Virus record (IMG/VR): IMGVR_UViG_3300031669_000021
Span: 1-64,000 of that record
Origin: a virus
Direction: 5' to 3' (one strand)
DNA: 64,000 bases
Part shown: in pieces, positions 25,351 to 33,994 of the stretch
Position numbering within the stretch: position 1 is the first letter of the stretch
How the letters are laid out: each line of letters opens with the position of its first letter
Notes under the pieces: model-generated
The model's input: only the letters and a program-made list of their open reading frames with translations
The model's database searches: none
What the model was told of the DNA's origin: nothing
Position numbers and translations under genes: made by a program

Positions 25351-26538
25351 ATGTATAATTTTGAAGTACAAAAATTACATGCAGAATGCAATACTCAAGA
25401 GTCGTTTCTTGAAAATCTGAAACTAATTGGCGTAGATGCGCGAGACTATCCAGAACACAAAATGTGGTTGCTGGACTACAACATGATTGAGTGTGAGAAA
25501 AATCATCCAGTCGTGCTTGAGTGTCGTGGTCTGGTAATGGGATATGACGGTTCAATCATCCGTAAGGGCTTCGATCGTTTCTTCAATTTGGGAGAGAACG
25601 GCGTAGATACATTTGACTTCGAGAATTCTGTTGTCTTTGAAAAGGCAGACGGTTCTTTGATGTTTGTTTACTGGTGCCCTCCAACAAATCAGTGGGAAAT
25701 AGGAACTCGCGGAACAGCATTTGCTGAAGGACCAAACGAGTGGCATGGCACATTCCGTGGTTTCATGCTTAAAGCAATGGGACGCACTGAGAAAGAATTT
25801 CAGCTGTCTGCAGGTCGAAATCTGCATAAGGGAACAACATATCTGTTTGAGGCAGTTGGACCTGACAACCGAATTGTCACTGCATATGAAGAGAATCACC
25901 TGGTATTCTTATCCTCGTTCTTTAAGGGAGTCGAGGAAGATGCAGGCGCATTGCGGGTTATGACAGATTTCTTTGTGAATGACAGCGGATGGAACGTTCG
26001 TGAAATTCGCAAGTATTCCTTCAAGACGCAAGAAGATTGCATGATTGCATTGCACGAGCTTACTGGTCTGCAAGAGGGATATGTGGCGTACAATAAGTTG
26101 ACAGGTGATCGAGTAAAAATAAAGTCGCCTGTCTACTTAGCAGCACATCGTCTGCGTGGTAACGGTCTGACATTGAACTCTATTTGTGAACTCGTTGTAA
26201 TGAACGAGGTGGACGAGTATTTGGCTACTTTTCCAGAGGATGCACACAAGTTTGATTCTGCTAAGGAAATGTTGGCAATAATGATACGGGAGTTAATTAC
26301 AAACTATTGCTCACACCAGTTTATGGAAACACAAAAAGAGTTTGCACTTGCGGTGAAGGACTTACCATTGTCGGGAGTTATGTTTCAGGCTCGAAAGAAG
26401 AACACAGATGTCGTGCATGAATTCAATCAGGTTGCAACTAACAAGAAGGCTGATTGGCTGAAAGAACGTTTGCTCCAAACTGATCAGTATCGAGCAGTTT
26501 TGATATCTGAGGGTCGACTCGGAGCTCAGTGTCTTTAA
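25351..26538 (+). CDS. rnlA: RNA ligase 1 (T4 RnlA-like)
   Basis: Motif I FEKADGSLMF (KxDGSL) as in T4 Rnl1; approx 395 aa; tRNA-repair partner of Pnkp. Confidence 0.65.
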   Translation: MYNFEVQKLHAECNTQESFLENLKLIGVDARDYPEHKMWLLDYNMIECEKNHPVVLECRGLVMGYDGSIIRKGFDRFFNLGENGVDTFDFENSVVFEKADGSLMFVYWCPPTNQWEIGTRGTAFAEGPNEWHGTFRGFMLKAMGRTEKEFQLSAGRNLHKGTTYLFEAVGPDNRIVTAYEENHLVFLSSFFKGVEEDAGALRVMTDFFVNDSGWNVREIRKYSFKTQEDCMIALHELTGLQEGYVAYNKLTGDRVKIKSPVYLAAHRLRGNGLTLNSICELVVMNEVDEYLATFPEDAHKFDSAKEMLAIMIRELITNYCSHQFMETQKEFALAVKDLPLSGVMFQARKKNTDVVHEFNQVATNKKADWLKERLLQTDQYRAVLISEGRLGAQCL

Positions 26539-26640
26539 TGGCAGGAACTATTTTTATGGTCCTGCTTGGCTTGTTTGCCGCAATAAATGTCATTATTGGC
26601 CTATCGTGGCTAGTAGCTGTTTGTTTTGGGTGGGTATGAT

Positions 26641-26820
26641 ATGCAAGCATGTGAAATAGAGAAAGCAAAACCAGGTTCGCTGTTTGTTATTAACGGCGAA
26701 CTATGGATGAGGATGTCAGATAATGTTTCTCTGCATATCGAAGGCAACGTTATAAATATGAAAACCGGGAAGTGGTGCCACTGGCAACGACTGGTTGATT
26801 GGGATAAGGAAATAGCATGA
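26641..26820 (+). CDS. hypothetical protein 59 aa
   Basis: first ATG of track ORF 26626-26820. Confidence 0.4.
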   Translation: MQACEIEKAKPGSLFVINGELWMRMSDNVSLHIEGNVINMKTGKWCHWQRLVDWDKEIA

Positions 26821-27050
26821 GTGAATCATCTATCGAAGAACGACTAAAACGAATCGAGGATGAACTTGGTCTGACCGCATTGGATAACAAGAAACACACA
26901 CGAGATGCACTGATTAAAGTATATCGCGATTACGGATTCACAAGTGTGCTCGCTAAGAGTTATGCACACTCGAACCTGAATGACGGAATCACACCTGAAG
27001 AAGCAGAGAAGAAGCTTCTAAAGCGTGGCGCCGTCAAGTGGGAACATTAG
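26817..27050 (+). CDS. hypothetical protein 77 aa
   Basis: track ORF; ATGA overlap. Confidence 0.45.
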   Translation: MSESSIEERLKRIEDELGLTALDNKKHTRDALIKVYRDYGFTSVLAKSYAHSNLNDGITPEEAEKKLLKRGAVKWEH

Positions 27051-27053
27051 CCC

Positions 27054-27082
27054 TTGACATTAACCGAACAGTGTGTTATATT
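27054..27082 (+). promoter_or_regulatory. sigma70-type early promoter
   Basis: CCCTTGACA 27054-27059, 17 nt, TATATT 27077-27082 with TGTG upstream. Confidence 0.5.
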
Positions 27083-27254
27083 ATATGAGAACTATTGAAG
27101 ACATTAAAAAAAGATATCGAGATCGTGACTGAAAAAGCATCTTCGTTAGGGATGTTCGACTCTGTCTTCGATTATAGAATGGAAGAGCTTAATGAGCAAA
27201 TGCAAGACCTGCTCGACGAGTTAGATGATGCATGGGTTCATCGAAAGTAATAAG

Positions 27255-27593
27255 ATGATGATTTACACAAACCAGACACCTAAAAAGACACGCAAACAAA
27301 AGGCAAAAGAAGAAGCTGCCTGGCTTGCACAGTGTCAGCGTGATGGTGTGATGCCCAACGGACATAAGTTCGAGGCGATCAAGCCATTCGCTCCTTCATC
27401 TATTCGAGATGGTGCTGATGCATTTAAGAAGTGCGGATCACTTAAAACAAACGAGAGTTATTGCTCCAAGCCGCCCGATAAGGTTTATACGGGAACAGCA
27501 ATGATTGGTATTGCGACGATGCACAAGTCGAACATGGTGCCGGTGTTCAATACCGAGAGCGCAAAAGATATTTCAAAGATGCGGAGAGGATAA
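27255..27593 (+). CDS. basic protein approx 113 aa
   Basis: ATG 27255 just after upstream mini-ORF stop; track offered 27225. Confidence 0.4.
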   Translation: MMIYTNQTPKKTRKQKAKEEAAWLAQCQRDGVMPNGHKFEAIKPFAPSSIRDGADAFKKCGSLKTNESYCSKPPDKVYTGTAMIGIATMHKSNMVPVFNTESAKDISKMRRG

Positions 27594-27595
27594 AA

Positions 27596-27781
27596 ATGAT
27601 TAAGGAAGAACTGATTCAGGCATCGAAGACAATAAATCGTATTCAGATGGAACTATATTACTTGGAGAAGAAATTCAAGAAGGGTGAACTCGCACAGCTA
27701 AAGTTGTTCGTTGCTCGCTCTGATCTGGGTACGGTGGACGGTATCGTTAAGAGTCAACTAAAAGATTCTTACGGCGAATAA
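27596..27781 (+). CDS. hypothetical protein 61 aa
   Basis: track ORF. Confidence 0.45.
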   Translation: MIKEELIQASKTINRIQMELYYLEKKFKKGELAQLKLFVARSDLGTVDGIVKSQLKDSYGE

Positions 27782-27787
27782 AAAGCA

Positions 27788-28036
27788 ATGAGAATAATGC
27801 TGACACGACAAGATTGGGACTTATCAGCCAAGCTTGCATTGGAGTTACTAGATTATCTACAAAAAAATGTAGAGTCAGAATATAGCGCCTGGTCTAGTGC
27901 GGCAGGAAAAGCATTTGCAAGCAAGGATGAATCCTGGCAGCTTTGGCAAGGAATGGAATCTATTTCAATTGAAACAAAAGATGAGCAACACGAAACATAT
28001 TTAACTCTTATATACGGTGATACATATGGACATTGA
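27788..28036 (+). CDS. hypothetical protein 82 aa
   Basis: track ORF. Confidence 0.45.
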   Translation: MRIMLTRQDWDLSAKLALELLDYLQKNVESEYSAWSSAAGKAFASKDESWQLWQGMESISIETKDEQHETYLTLIYGDTYGH

Positions 28037-28373
28037 AGGTAAAATAATTGTAATGGCAAATACATATACCATTGACGAATATGATGACATAGCTCGTGAA
28101 TTTCTCGAGGAGATTTTTGGCATCGACTTCAACTCTTGCTTTATAAGCGACGAATCTTCTCTTTGGGATTTTTCTGGTTGTTGCATACCAGAAAACCACG
28201 AAAGAGATTTTAGCCTACCTAAGGAAGAATCACTTAAGGCATGTTATGATGCAGGTCGTGATAACATGGTGCGTCTCATCAAAGAAAAATACAATATTAA
28301 CATCGATGCAAATGATTATCTAATCACTGTATTCGAAAAGATTCGTCAAAGCAGAAACATCACACTAAACTAA
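28026..28373 (+). CDS. hypothetical protein approx 115 aa ending ..ITVFEKIRQSRNITLN
   Basis: ATG 28026; C-terminus duplicated in 28520-28684. Confidence 0.45.
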   Translation: MDIEGKIIVMANTYTIDEYDDIAREFLEEIFGIDFNSCFISDESSLWDFSGCCIPENHERDFSLPKEESLKACYDAGRDNMVRLIKEKYNINIDANDYLITVFEKIRQSRNITLN

Positions 28374-28382
28374 GGAAAGAAA

Positions 28383-28523
28383 ATGATAGTCAAGGTACCA
28401 GCTGAATCGCGAGACGAATTTAATGAAATGCTTGATATTTTAACGAGCTACGGAGTTAAACATGCTGACGATGAACTTCTCAGCATGTTAGAAAATATGG
28501 AAATAATCGAGGAAGAAGTATGA
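28383..28523 (+). CDS. acidic small protein 46 aa
   Basis: ATG 28383 to TGA 28521-28523 (ATGA overlap with next). Confidence 0.3.
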   Translation: MIVKVPAESRDEFNEMLDILTSYGVKHADDELLSMLENMEIIEEEV

Positions 28524-28684
28524 CAGATACCAGCGACGGCGCACCACGACAAACACCAGACGAAGTAGATTTTGAAAAAATGGTGGAACTCTTTGATATT
28601 GCATTATCGAGTGATAACCCGGATGATTCGTTAATAACGGTGTTTGAGAAGATTCAACAAACAAGAAACATTACGTTGAACTGA
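28520..28684 (+). CDS. small protein 54 aa ending ..FDIALSSDNPDDSLITVFEKIQQTRNITLN
   Basis: ATG 28520; shares segments with both neighbours. Confidence 0.35.
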   Translation: MTDTSDGAPRQTPDEVDFEKMVELFDIALSSDNPDDSLITVFEKIQQTRNITLN

Positions 28685-28694
28685 GGAGAAATAC

Positions 28695-28844
28695 ATGTTT
28701 CATATATTTAATAGTCATGGCTCATCGTTTAGCCCCACAGAAGTATGGACTATGATTGCAATGTTTTTGATTCTGATTGGTGCTATTGTTGTATTAGGCA
28801 TTTATGGATCAGACATTGATAACGACGATAACGAGGAAGAATAA
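28695..28844 (+). CDS. small membrane protein 49 aa
   Basis: SD GAGGAG then ATG 28695; TM WTMIAMFLILIGAIVVLGIY; acidic tail. Confidence 0.4.
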   Translation: MFHIFNSHGSSFSPTEVWTMIAMFLILIGAIVVLGIYGSDIDNDDNEEE

Positions 28845-29253
28845 CGTGTCGACCGCAGACTCACAGGACAAAGAAGAAAGACCATCAAACACCGACATTG
28901 ATCTCGAACATCTGATTACAGTATTAGACATCGCACTATCAAGCGATAATCCCGCAGTGAAGGATCAACTACAAAAATTGTTGATGATATCTGTATTGGT
29001 ATCGTCGAATAACCCAGCAGCAAGAGCAGCAGGGCCACTTAAACAATTACTGTCAGAGATTAACGGATTGCGTAATCGAGTAAGAGCAATTGAAAGCACT
29101 TTAGCACAAGTGCGCGCCGAAAGATATACAGAGTTCGATAGATATAAATCTACCATGGCAAAAAAATGGGAAAATCTTCCAGAAACAAAGCCGACAACAG
29201 AAGATAAGAATAATAGCGTTGAAAGAATTAAGAGGATACTTGGAGGAATATGA
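28804..29253 (+). CDS. coiled-coil protein approx 149 aa
   Basis: track ORF; alternative GTG 28846 right after previous stop; contains ITVLDIALSSDNPAVKDQ related to 28520 gene. Confidence 0.4.
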   Translation: MDQTLITTITRKNNVSTADSQDKEERPSNTDIDLEHLITVLDIALSSDNPAVKDQLQKLLMISVLVSSNNPAARAAGPLKQLLSEINGLRNRVRAIESTLAQVRAERYTEFDRYKSTMAKKWENLPETKPTTEDKNNSVERIKRILGGI

Positions 29254-30089
29254 GTAATCGTTACTACAGCAATTCTAAACCAGTCAGATGGATAAGAGAG
29301 AAAATCTTTAAGATTGAGAAACCTACTTCATTGGGATGGGGACAATGGGGAGTCTGGGAAGAGGAAGTAAAGAAAAGGATGCCAGTTAGATACTTCTTCA
29401 CTGAGGCATTGCCTGATCTATTAGAGAAGATACCCGAGTACACCATTGACCATATTAAAAATGTAGGATATTACATAACTAACCGTCGACACTTTTCTCA
29501 CGGAATGAGGTCCGATCTTAAAAAAGGTGAATATCACAGTTTCAACAACGTCTTACTTCACAGCATGTTTTGTTCATTTATTGACTTTATTGAAATAGAA
29601 GAAGCGTACTCGCATATTGCCTGGAGCAAAGAGGAAGATATTAAAAAATATAATCTGAAGTGGTATCACCGTTCTCGAATTGTGAATTGGGTCAAGCACT
29701 GGAGATGTCCGCAAGCAGGAATAGATCACCTACTATGGGAGATGAAATTGGATGTTCCTGATCCTACAGATCCATCGTGGTATGCTTCTCCTGCTCAGGC
29801 GGCGGCAGCAAGAGAAAAGATGGCACTGTACACCTGGTGGAAAGATATTAGATCAGCGCGTGGCGATTCGTGGGATGCTTCTGGATTCTCAGCATTTTGG
29901 AAACAAATGGATGAGAAATATGGAGATAGCTGGCTTGTGCTGGGCGGCAAAGGTAAGCTGACTGCCGCAGAAAAAAGAACCTATGCTGAATTAAGCGAAG
30001 TACAAGCTAAACTTGATGAGCAATGGGATGCTGAAGACGAGCAGATGATGATCAGACTAATCAAATTACGCAATAATTTGTGGACATAA
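29250..30089 (+). CDS. hypothetical Trp-rich protein 279 aa
   Basis: track ORF. Confidence 0.55.
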   Translation: MSNRYYSNSKPVRWIREKIFKIEKPTSLGWGQWGVWEEEVKKRMPVRYFFTEALPDLLEKIPEYTIDHIKNVGYYITNRRHFSHGMRSDLKKGEYHSFNNVLLHSMFCSFIDFIEIEEAYSHIAWSKEEDIKKYNLKWYHRSRIVNWVKHWRCPQAGIDHLLWEMKLDVPDPTDPSWYASPAQAAAAREKMALYTWWKDIRSARGDSWDASGFSAFWKQMDEKYGDSWLVLGGKGKLTAAEKRTYAELSEVQAKLDEQWDAEDEQMMIRLIKLRNNLWT

Positions 30090-30091
30090 CC

Positions 30092-30120
30092 CTTGACATT
30101 TCGGTAAAGGTGTGTTATAA
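30092..30120 (+). promoter_or_regulatory. sigma70-type early promoter, cassette copy
   Basis: CCCTTGACATTTCGG, 17 nt, TATAAT 30115-30120. Confidence 0.6.
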
Positions 30121-30153
30121 TAGGTTGTCTAAAATTAAATAAAGGTGGATTAA

Positions 30154-30525
30154 ATGATTTTGTGGCTTGGAGCAATTATTTTAGCGGGTTATAATTTCGG
30201 CATCGGCGGAGTTTTCATCGCAATGGGAATTTTAATCATTGCTGATGCGATGACAGTCATTAAGAGAGCAAAGGCGCAAGAAGAAAGACAATACATTAGA
30301 GACAACAACGTTATTGTTCGCATTGACATTGCAGAACATAACGGAGAAAACATTTTCCTTGCTTACGCGCCGGCCAACAACAAATTCATAGTTCAAAGCA
30401 TGACTTATGACGACCTTAAATCCGAACTTATTAAAAAGTTTGAGGGCAAGAGCATTTTCGTAAAAACCGAAAACGATATCACACCAATTTATCTTTCACC
30501 TGCATCGAACTACAAAGACGTATAA
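30154..30525 (+). CDS. membrane-anchored protein 123 aa
   Basis: Two N-terminal TM segments; SD AAAGGTGG. Confidence 0.5.
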   Translation: MILWLGAIILAGYNFGIGGVFIAMGILIIADAMTVIKRAKAQEERQYIRDNNVIVRIDIAEHNGENIFLAYAPANNKFIVQSMTYDDLKSELIKKFEGKSIFVKTENDITPIYLSPASNYKDV

Positions 30526-30764
30526 TGCAAAAATCAACACACAGAGTTTACTGGACCGAGGACAATGTTTCTTGTTCGAAAGACTTTACTTCTGACGAAT
30601 TAGATGCTAGTCTTAAACACTGCGAAAGCCTGAGGAAGTCTCGAATTGCGGGGAAAAATATCGGTTTTATTGCTATTTCTTCGGAAATACAAGATTGCGT
30701 AAGTTTGGACGGGGTTGATGCAGTTGACATCAACAACTATGAATGGAAAAAGAGAAGGAAATAA
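30525..30764 (+). CDS. hypothetical protein 79 aa
   Basis: track ORF; TAATG overlap. Confidence 0.45.
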   Translation: MQKSTHRVYWTEDNVSCSKDFTSDELDASLKHCESLRKSRIAGKNIGFIAISSEIQDCVSLDGVDAVDINNYEWKKRRK

Positions 30765-30765
30765 A

Positions 30766-30981
30766 ATGAAATTTTTTATACAGTTGGCTGTTCTTTGGTG
30801 TTTTGCGTATTTTCTCGGTGATCTTTGGGAAAGTATGTTCCCAACATTTATTCATACGGGGACAGGATTGGCAATTGAACTAACAGTTTCCCTTGCCATT
30901 GGATGGTACTGGGTCAGAATGTGGAATTACGTTGAGTCCCGTCTGACGAAGAAAGACACAGAAGAAACTAAAGAATTATGA
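30766..30981 (+). CDS. membrane protein 72 aa
   Basis: ATG 30766 after SD GAGAAGGAAA; two TM segments. Confidence 0.45.
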   Translation: MKFFIQLAVLWCFAYFLGDLWESMFPTFIHTGTGLAIELTVSLAIGWYWVRMWNYVESRLTKKDTEETKEL

Positions 30982-31127
30982 TAGAAACCTATACAGTAGT
31001 TATTTGCAAAAATCCTGATCCAGATTCGTTAGATTTTTCAACCATGCAGAAAACTATCACCATTGCAGAATCAAACGATCAGGCTAGAAGAGAATTACAA
31101 AAGCGTTTCCTGAACATATTATTCTGA
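30978..31127 (+). CDS. hypothetical protein 49 aa
   Basis: ATG 30978 (ATGA overlap) to TGA 31125-31127. Confidence 0.3.
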   Translation: MIETYTVVICKNPDPDSLDFSTMQKTITIAESNDQARRELQKRFLNILF

Positions 31128-31267
31128 GTTGCGATTTAGACTTATCTATACCAGAATTAGAGGAATTTTCTCTTCACGAGACAAAATCAATTGGGCAGCG
31201 AATGCCAGCAAAGACAAAAGAATTTACAGTAATTAAGCCAAAAATTAACTGGTAATACGAGGAAATT

Positions 31268-31708
31268 ATGGATTATAAAGCGCAAGAGCCAGCAGAGGGT
31301 GTCGTAAAGATGAAGGAATGGCCTGACATGAAATATTACAAAGTGCCTTGCGAATGTGGGTGCGATAATTCAGTAGATTTTTCTGTCGAAATAGACGAGT
31401 TTAATATCACTGCCAATATGAGTATGAACACAAAAACAAAGTATTGGCGCAACCGTTTGTATATTGATTACAATGAAAACTGGCTTGTTCTCAATCTCAA
31501 GCAAACATTCAATGATTGGTATAACCGCTTGGATATTTGCTGGAAGGCATTAACAAAGGGTTATATCGAAACATCAGCAGACGTTATACTTTCGCCGCAG
31601 CAAGCATATAACTTTTCTGAAACATTAAAGACCGCCATTTCAGAGTATGAAGTTACCGTAGAAGCAAGGATGGCAGCACGTCGTGAGTCAACAAAAGATG
31701 TCAAGTAA
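31268..31708 (+). CDS. hypothetical protein 146 aa (CECGCDNS)
   Basis: track ORF. Confidence 0.5.
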   Translation: MDYKAQEPAEGVVKMKEWPDMKYYKVPCECGCDNSVDFSVEIDEFNITANMSMNTKTKYWRNRLYIDYNENWLVLNLKQTFNDWYNRLDICWKALTKGYIETSADVILSPQQAYNFSETLKTAISEYEVTVEARMAARRESTKDVK

Positions 31709-31979
31709 ACGATTTTGTCCTCAAAACTTCTTGGTCGATAGACCAGTTGGGAATTCTTTATACGGACAGAAGCCATGCAGTTTAACTCTACGCGGCAATG
31801 GATATAACTGGCAAACCAGAACAAACAACAATTATGATTGCGTGACGCGCATACACGGCGAGATTCATTATCTGACGGAACATGCTCCGGCAAAAGTTCA
31901 ACGTCGATGGAAACAGGCTGAGGTTCGTTGGAAAAAACGCATGGCGTGGTGGCGCGGAGGAATCAATGAGCGACTATAG
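31698..31979 (+). CDS. hypothetical basic protein approx 93 aa
   Basis: ATG 31698 overlapping previous 3' end; track ORF 31683-31979. Confidence 0.35.
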   Translation: MSSKRFCPQNFLVDRPVGNSLYGQKPCSLTLRGNGYNWQTRTNNNYDCVTRIHGEIHYLTEHAPAKVQRRWKQAEVRWKKRMAWWRGGINERL

Positions 31980-32439
31980 TCACCCAAAAATACAGCCTTC
32001 CTCAATGACAATAAAAGAATTGGCACATTGGGGAGAGGATCACCCAGACCCATGGGTAAAAGCAATGGCCATATTGATTGGCGATGTTCATGCCTTACAA
32101 CCATTGGATGGATTTAGCGCAGAAGAGTTTCAGAACTGGGAAGACAGAGTAAGAGACGCAGAACGAGAAGCAGAGTGGGCAGAAGAAGAGGCATCGATTG
32201 CTCGAGCAAACCAAGCCCGCGCAGAAGTAGATCGCGATGCAGCAAAATACGATCTATTAAAAACTGAACAAGACTATCAGATTAAATCTCTTAAAGAGAG
32301 GCTGCTTTATAAAGAAAGTGTAATAAATTCTCTATCATCTGAATTAACAGTGACTCGCAGCAACTTCAATGAACTACAGAAGAGTCACAAAGAACTGCAA
32401 GAGAGATATAATACTTTCAGGATACTTGCGACACCATAA
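31966..32439 (+). CDS. coiled-coil protein approx 158 aa
   Basis: ATG 31966 after SD GGAGGA; track ORF started at TTG 31882. Confidence 0.45.
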   Translation: MSDYSHPKIQPSSMTIKELAHWGEDHPDPWVKAMAILIGDVHALQPLDGFSAEEFQNWEDRVRDAEREAEWAEEEASIARANQARAEVDRDAAKYDLLKTEQDYQIKSLKERLLYKESVINSLSSELTVTRSNFNELQKSHKELQERYNTFRILATP

Positions 32440-32471
32440 ATAACAATACACATACGGAGAACAACACCACC

Positions 32472-32690
32472 TTGGCAAAAGAAGAAGTTTTAGAGTTTAC
32501 AGGCACAGTAATAGAATTACTGCCATCAGCAACATTTCGCATTGAACTTGATACAAACAAGCATATTATATTAGCATATTTGGGCGGCAGATTGCGTAAG
32601 AATACAATCAATATCCTACTCGGCGATAAAGTAAAGGTTGAGATGTCGCCATACGATCTGAATAGAGGTCGAGTCGTTTATAGGAACTAA
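32472..32690 (+). CDS. infA: translation initiation factor IF-1 homologue
   Basis: [71 protein letters not shown] aligns along full length with bacterial IF1. Confidence 0.8.
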   Translation: MAKEEVLEFTGTVIELLPSATFRIELDTNKHIILAYLGGRLRKNTINILLGDKVKVEMSPYDLNRGRVVYRN

Positions 32691-32705
32691 TCACATCACA
32701 TTCCA

Positions 32706-32735
32706 AAAAACCAGTCTTCGGACTGGTTTTTCTTT
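32706..32735 (+). terminator. rho-independent terminator
   Basis: AAAAACCAGTC-TTCG-GACTGGTTTTT hairpin plus CTTTATC. Confidence 0.65.
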
Positions 32736-32748
32736 ATCTGCTCGATAA

Positions 32749-32763
32749 GCATAAATACTAAAT
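32749..32763 (+). promoter_or_regulatory. T4-type late promoter box
   Basis: GCATAAATACTAAAT vs consensus TATAAATACTATT; 22 nt upstream of ATG 32780. Confidence 0.45.
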
Positions 32764-32779
32764 AAAAGGAAACAACATA

Positions 32780-33016
32780 ATGACGCAACAAGTTATTAAC
32801 ATTGGCACACAGCCAGGTGATGGTTCAGGTGATCCACTCAGAGTATCATTCAATAAGATAAATCAGAACTTTGCTGAAATATATGCAACTCTTGGAACAT
32901 TTTTGGTTGATGTAAGTAGCGGCAACGATTATGGTTCAATAGTAGGAATTTATGGCGTAGACTACGGGTTTATTACTGACCTAGCAACAATATTTTTAGA
33001 TTATGGGAGCATTTAA
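32780..33016 (+). CDS. virion/tail-fibre associated protein 78 aa
   Basis: GDGSGDPLRVSFNKINQNF motif repeated at N-terminus of 33995 gene. Confidence 0.5.
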   Translation: MTQQVINIGTQPGDGSGDPLRVSFNKINQNFAEIYATLGTFLVDVSSGNDYGSIVGIYGVDYGFITDLATIFLDYGSI

Positions 33017-33018
33017 TT

Positions 33019-33993
33019 ATGTCTGAACAAGTACAGTTGAGAAGAGGCACTGCGGCACAAACCGCAACATTTACCGGAGCTCAAGGTGAAGTTACGGTTA
33101 TTACGGACAATTATACTCTCACCGTCCATGATGGAATAACTGCCGGCGGTCACGAGGTTGCTTCAAAAGCTTACGTTGATAGCGTAAGCATTGCTGATTT
33201 AACATCAGCAAACGTAACAACTGCTCTTGGATATACACCCCTCAATTCTGCAACCTTCACTGGCGCAAATGTTGTTGTTCAGTTAGGTTACACACCATAT
33301 GATGCTACCATTAATGCCAATGCATTTACTACGCTTTCGGCAGTAGCCAATGTTGGTTATCTAACCGCAATTACCTCAGGAAACATAACAACTGCACTGG
33401 GATATACTCCATATGATGCAAATGTAAATGCGAATGCTTATACAACATTGTCAGCAGTTTCTAGCGTTGGTTATCTAACCGCAATTACCTCAGGAAACGT
33501 AACAACTGCGCTGGGATATACTCCGCTAGATGCAGCTTCATTCACTGGAGCTAATATTGTTTCTAACATTGGTGCAACTCAGGTTCAATCAGCAAATAGC
33601 GCAGCCTACTTGGGCGGACTAATCGCAACAGATTATACTCTGAAGACAGACGTTATTGCAGAAGCAAATAACTCGGCTTACTTAGGTGGGATTCCTGCTG
33701 CTAGTTATGCTACAACAGCAAGTCAGGTTACTGTTTACAATGCAGGCGCAGATCAGATAATTTACACTGGTAATGTTCAATTAAATGGGACTACTCCTGT
33801 AATAGTATCTTTGCCGGCACCATATTCTAATGCTTATTATAGAGTTCAGGTTACACATAACGGACCATTCATCTCTACTCCAGGTCTTATTGCAGCAAAC
33901 GTAATTTCTTCATCGCAGTTTACGGTTGAGTCCGTGGCAGTGTCGGATACAAATTATGTTTTCTGGACAACTTTTGGAAGCGTAACAGCATAA
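33019..33993 (+). CDS. tail-fibre-like structural protein with TALGYTP repeats
   Basis: Ser/Thr/Asn/Ala-rich; 3-4 repeats of NxTTALGYTP(Y/L)DA..A..T. Confidence 0.6.
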   Translation: MSEQVQLRRGTAAQTATFTGAQGEVTVITDNYTLTVHDGITAGGHEVASKAYVDSVSIADLTSANVTTALGYTPLNSATFTGANVVVQLGYTPYDATINANAFTTLSAVANVGYLTAITSGNITTALGYTPYDANVNANAYTTLSAVSSVGYLTAITSGNVTTALGYTPLDAASFTGANIVSNIGATQVQSANSAAYLGGLIATDYTLKTDVIAEANNSAYLGGIPAASYATTASQVTVYNAGADQIIYTGNVQLNGTTPVIVSLPAPYSNAYYRVQVTHNGPFISTPGLIAANVISSSQFTVESVAVSDTNYVFWTTFGSVTA

Positions 33994-33994
33994 T

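Noticed and set aside
27124-27250. 42-aa ORF (GTG start) between promoter 27054 and gene 27255
   Set aside because: Very short, acidic, no SD; could be a leader peptide but evidence is insufficient to list it as a gene.
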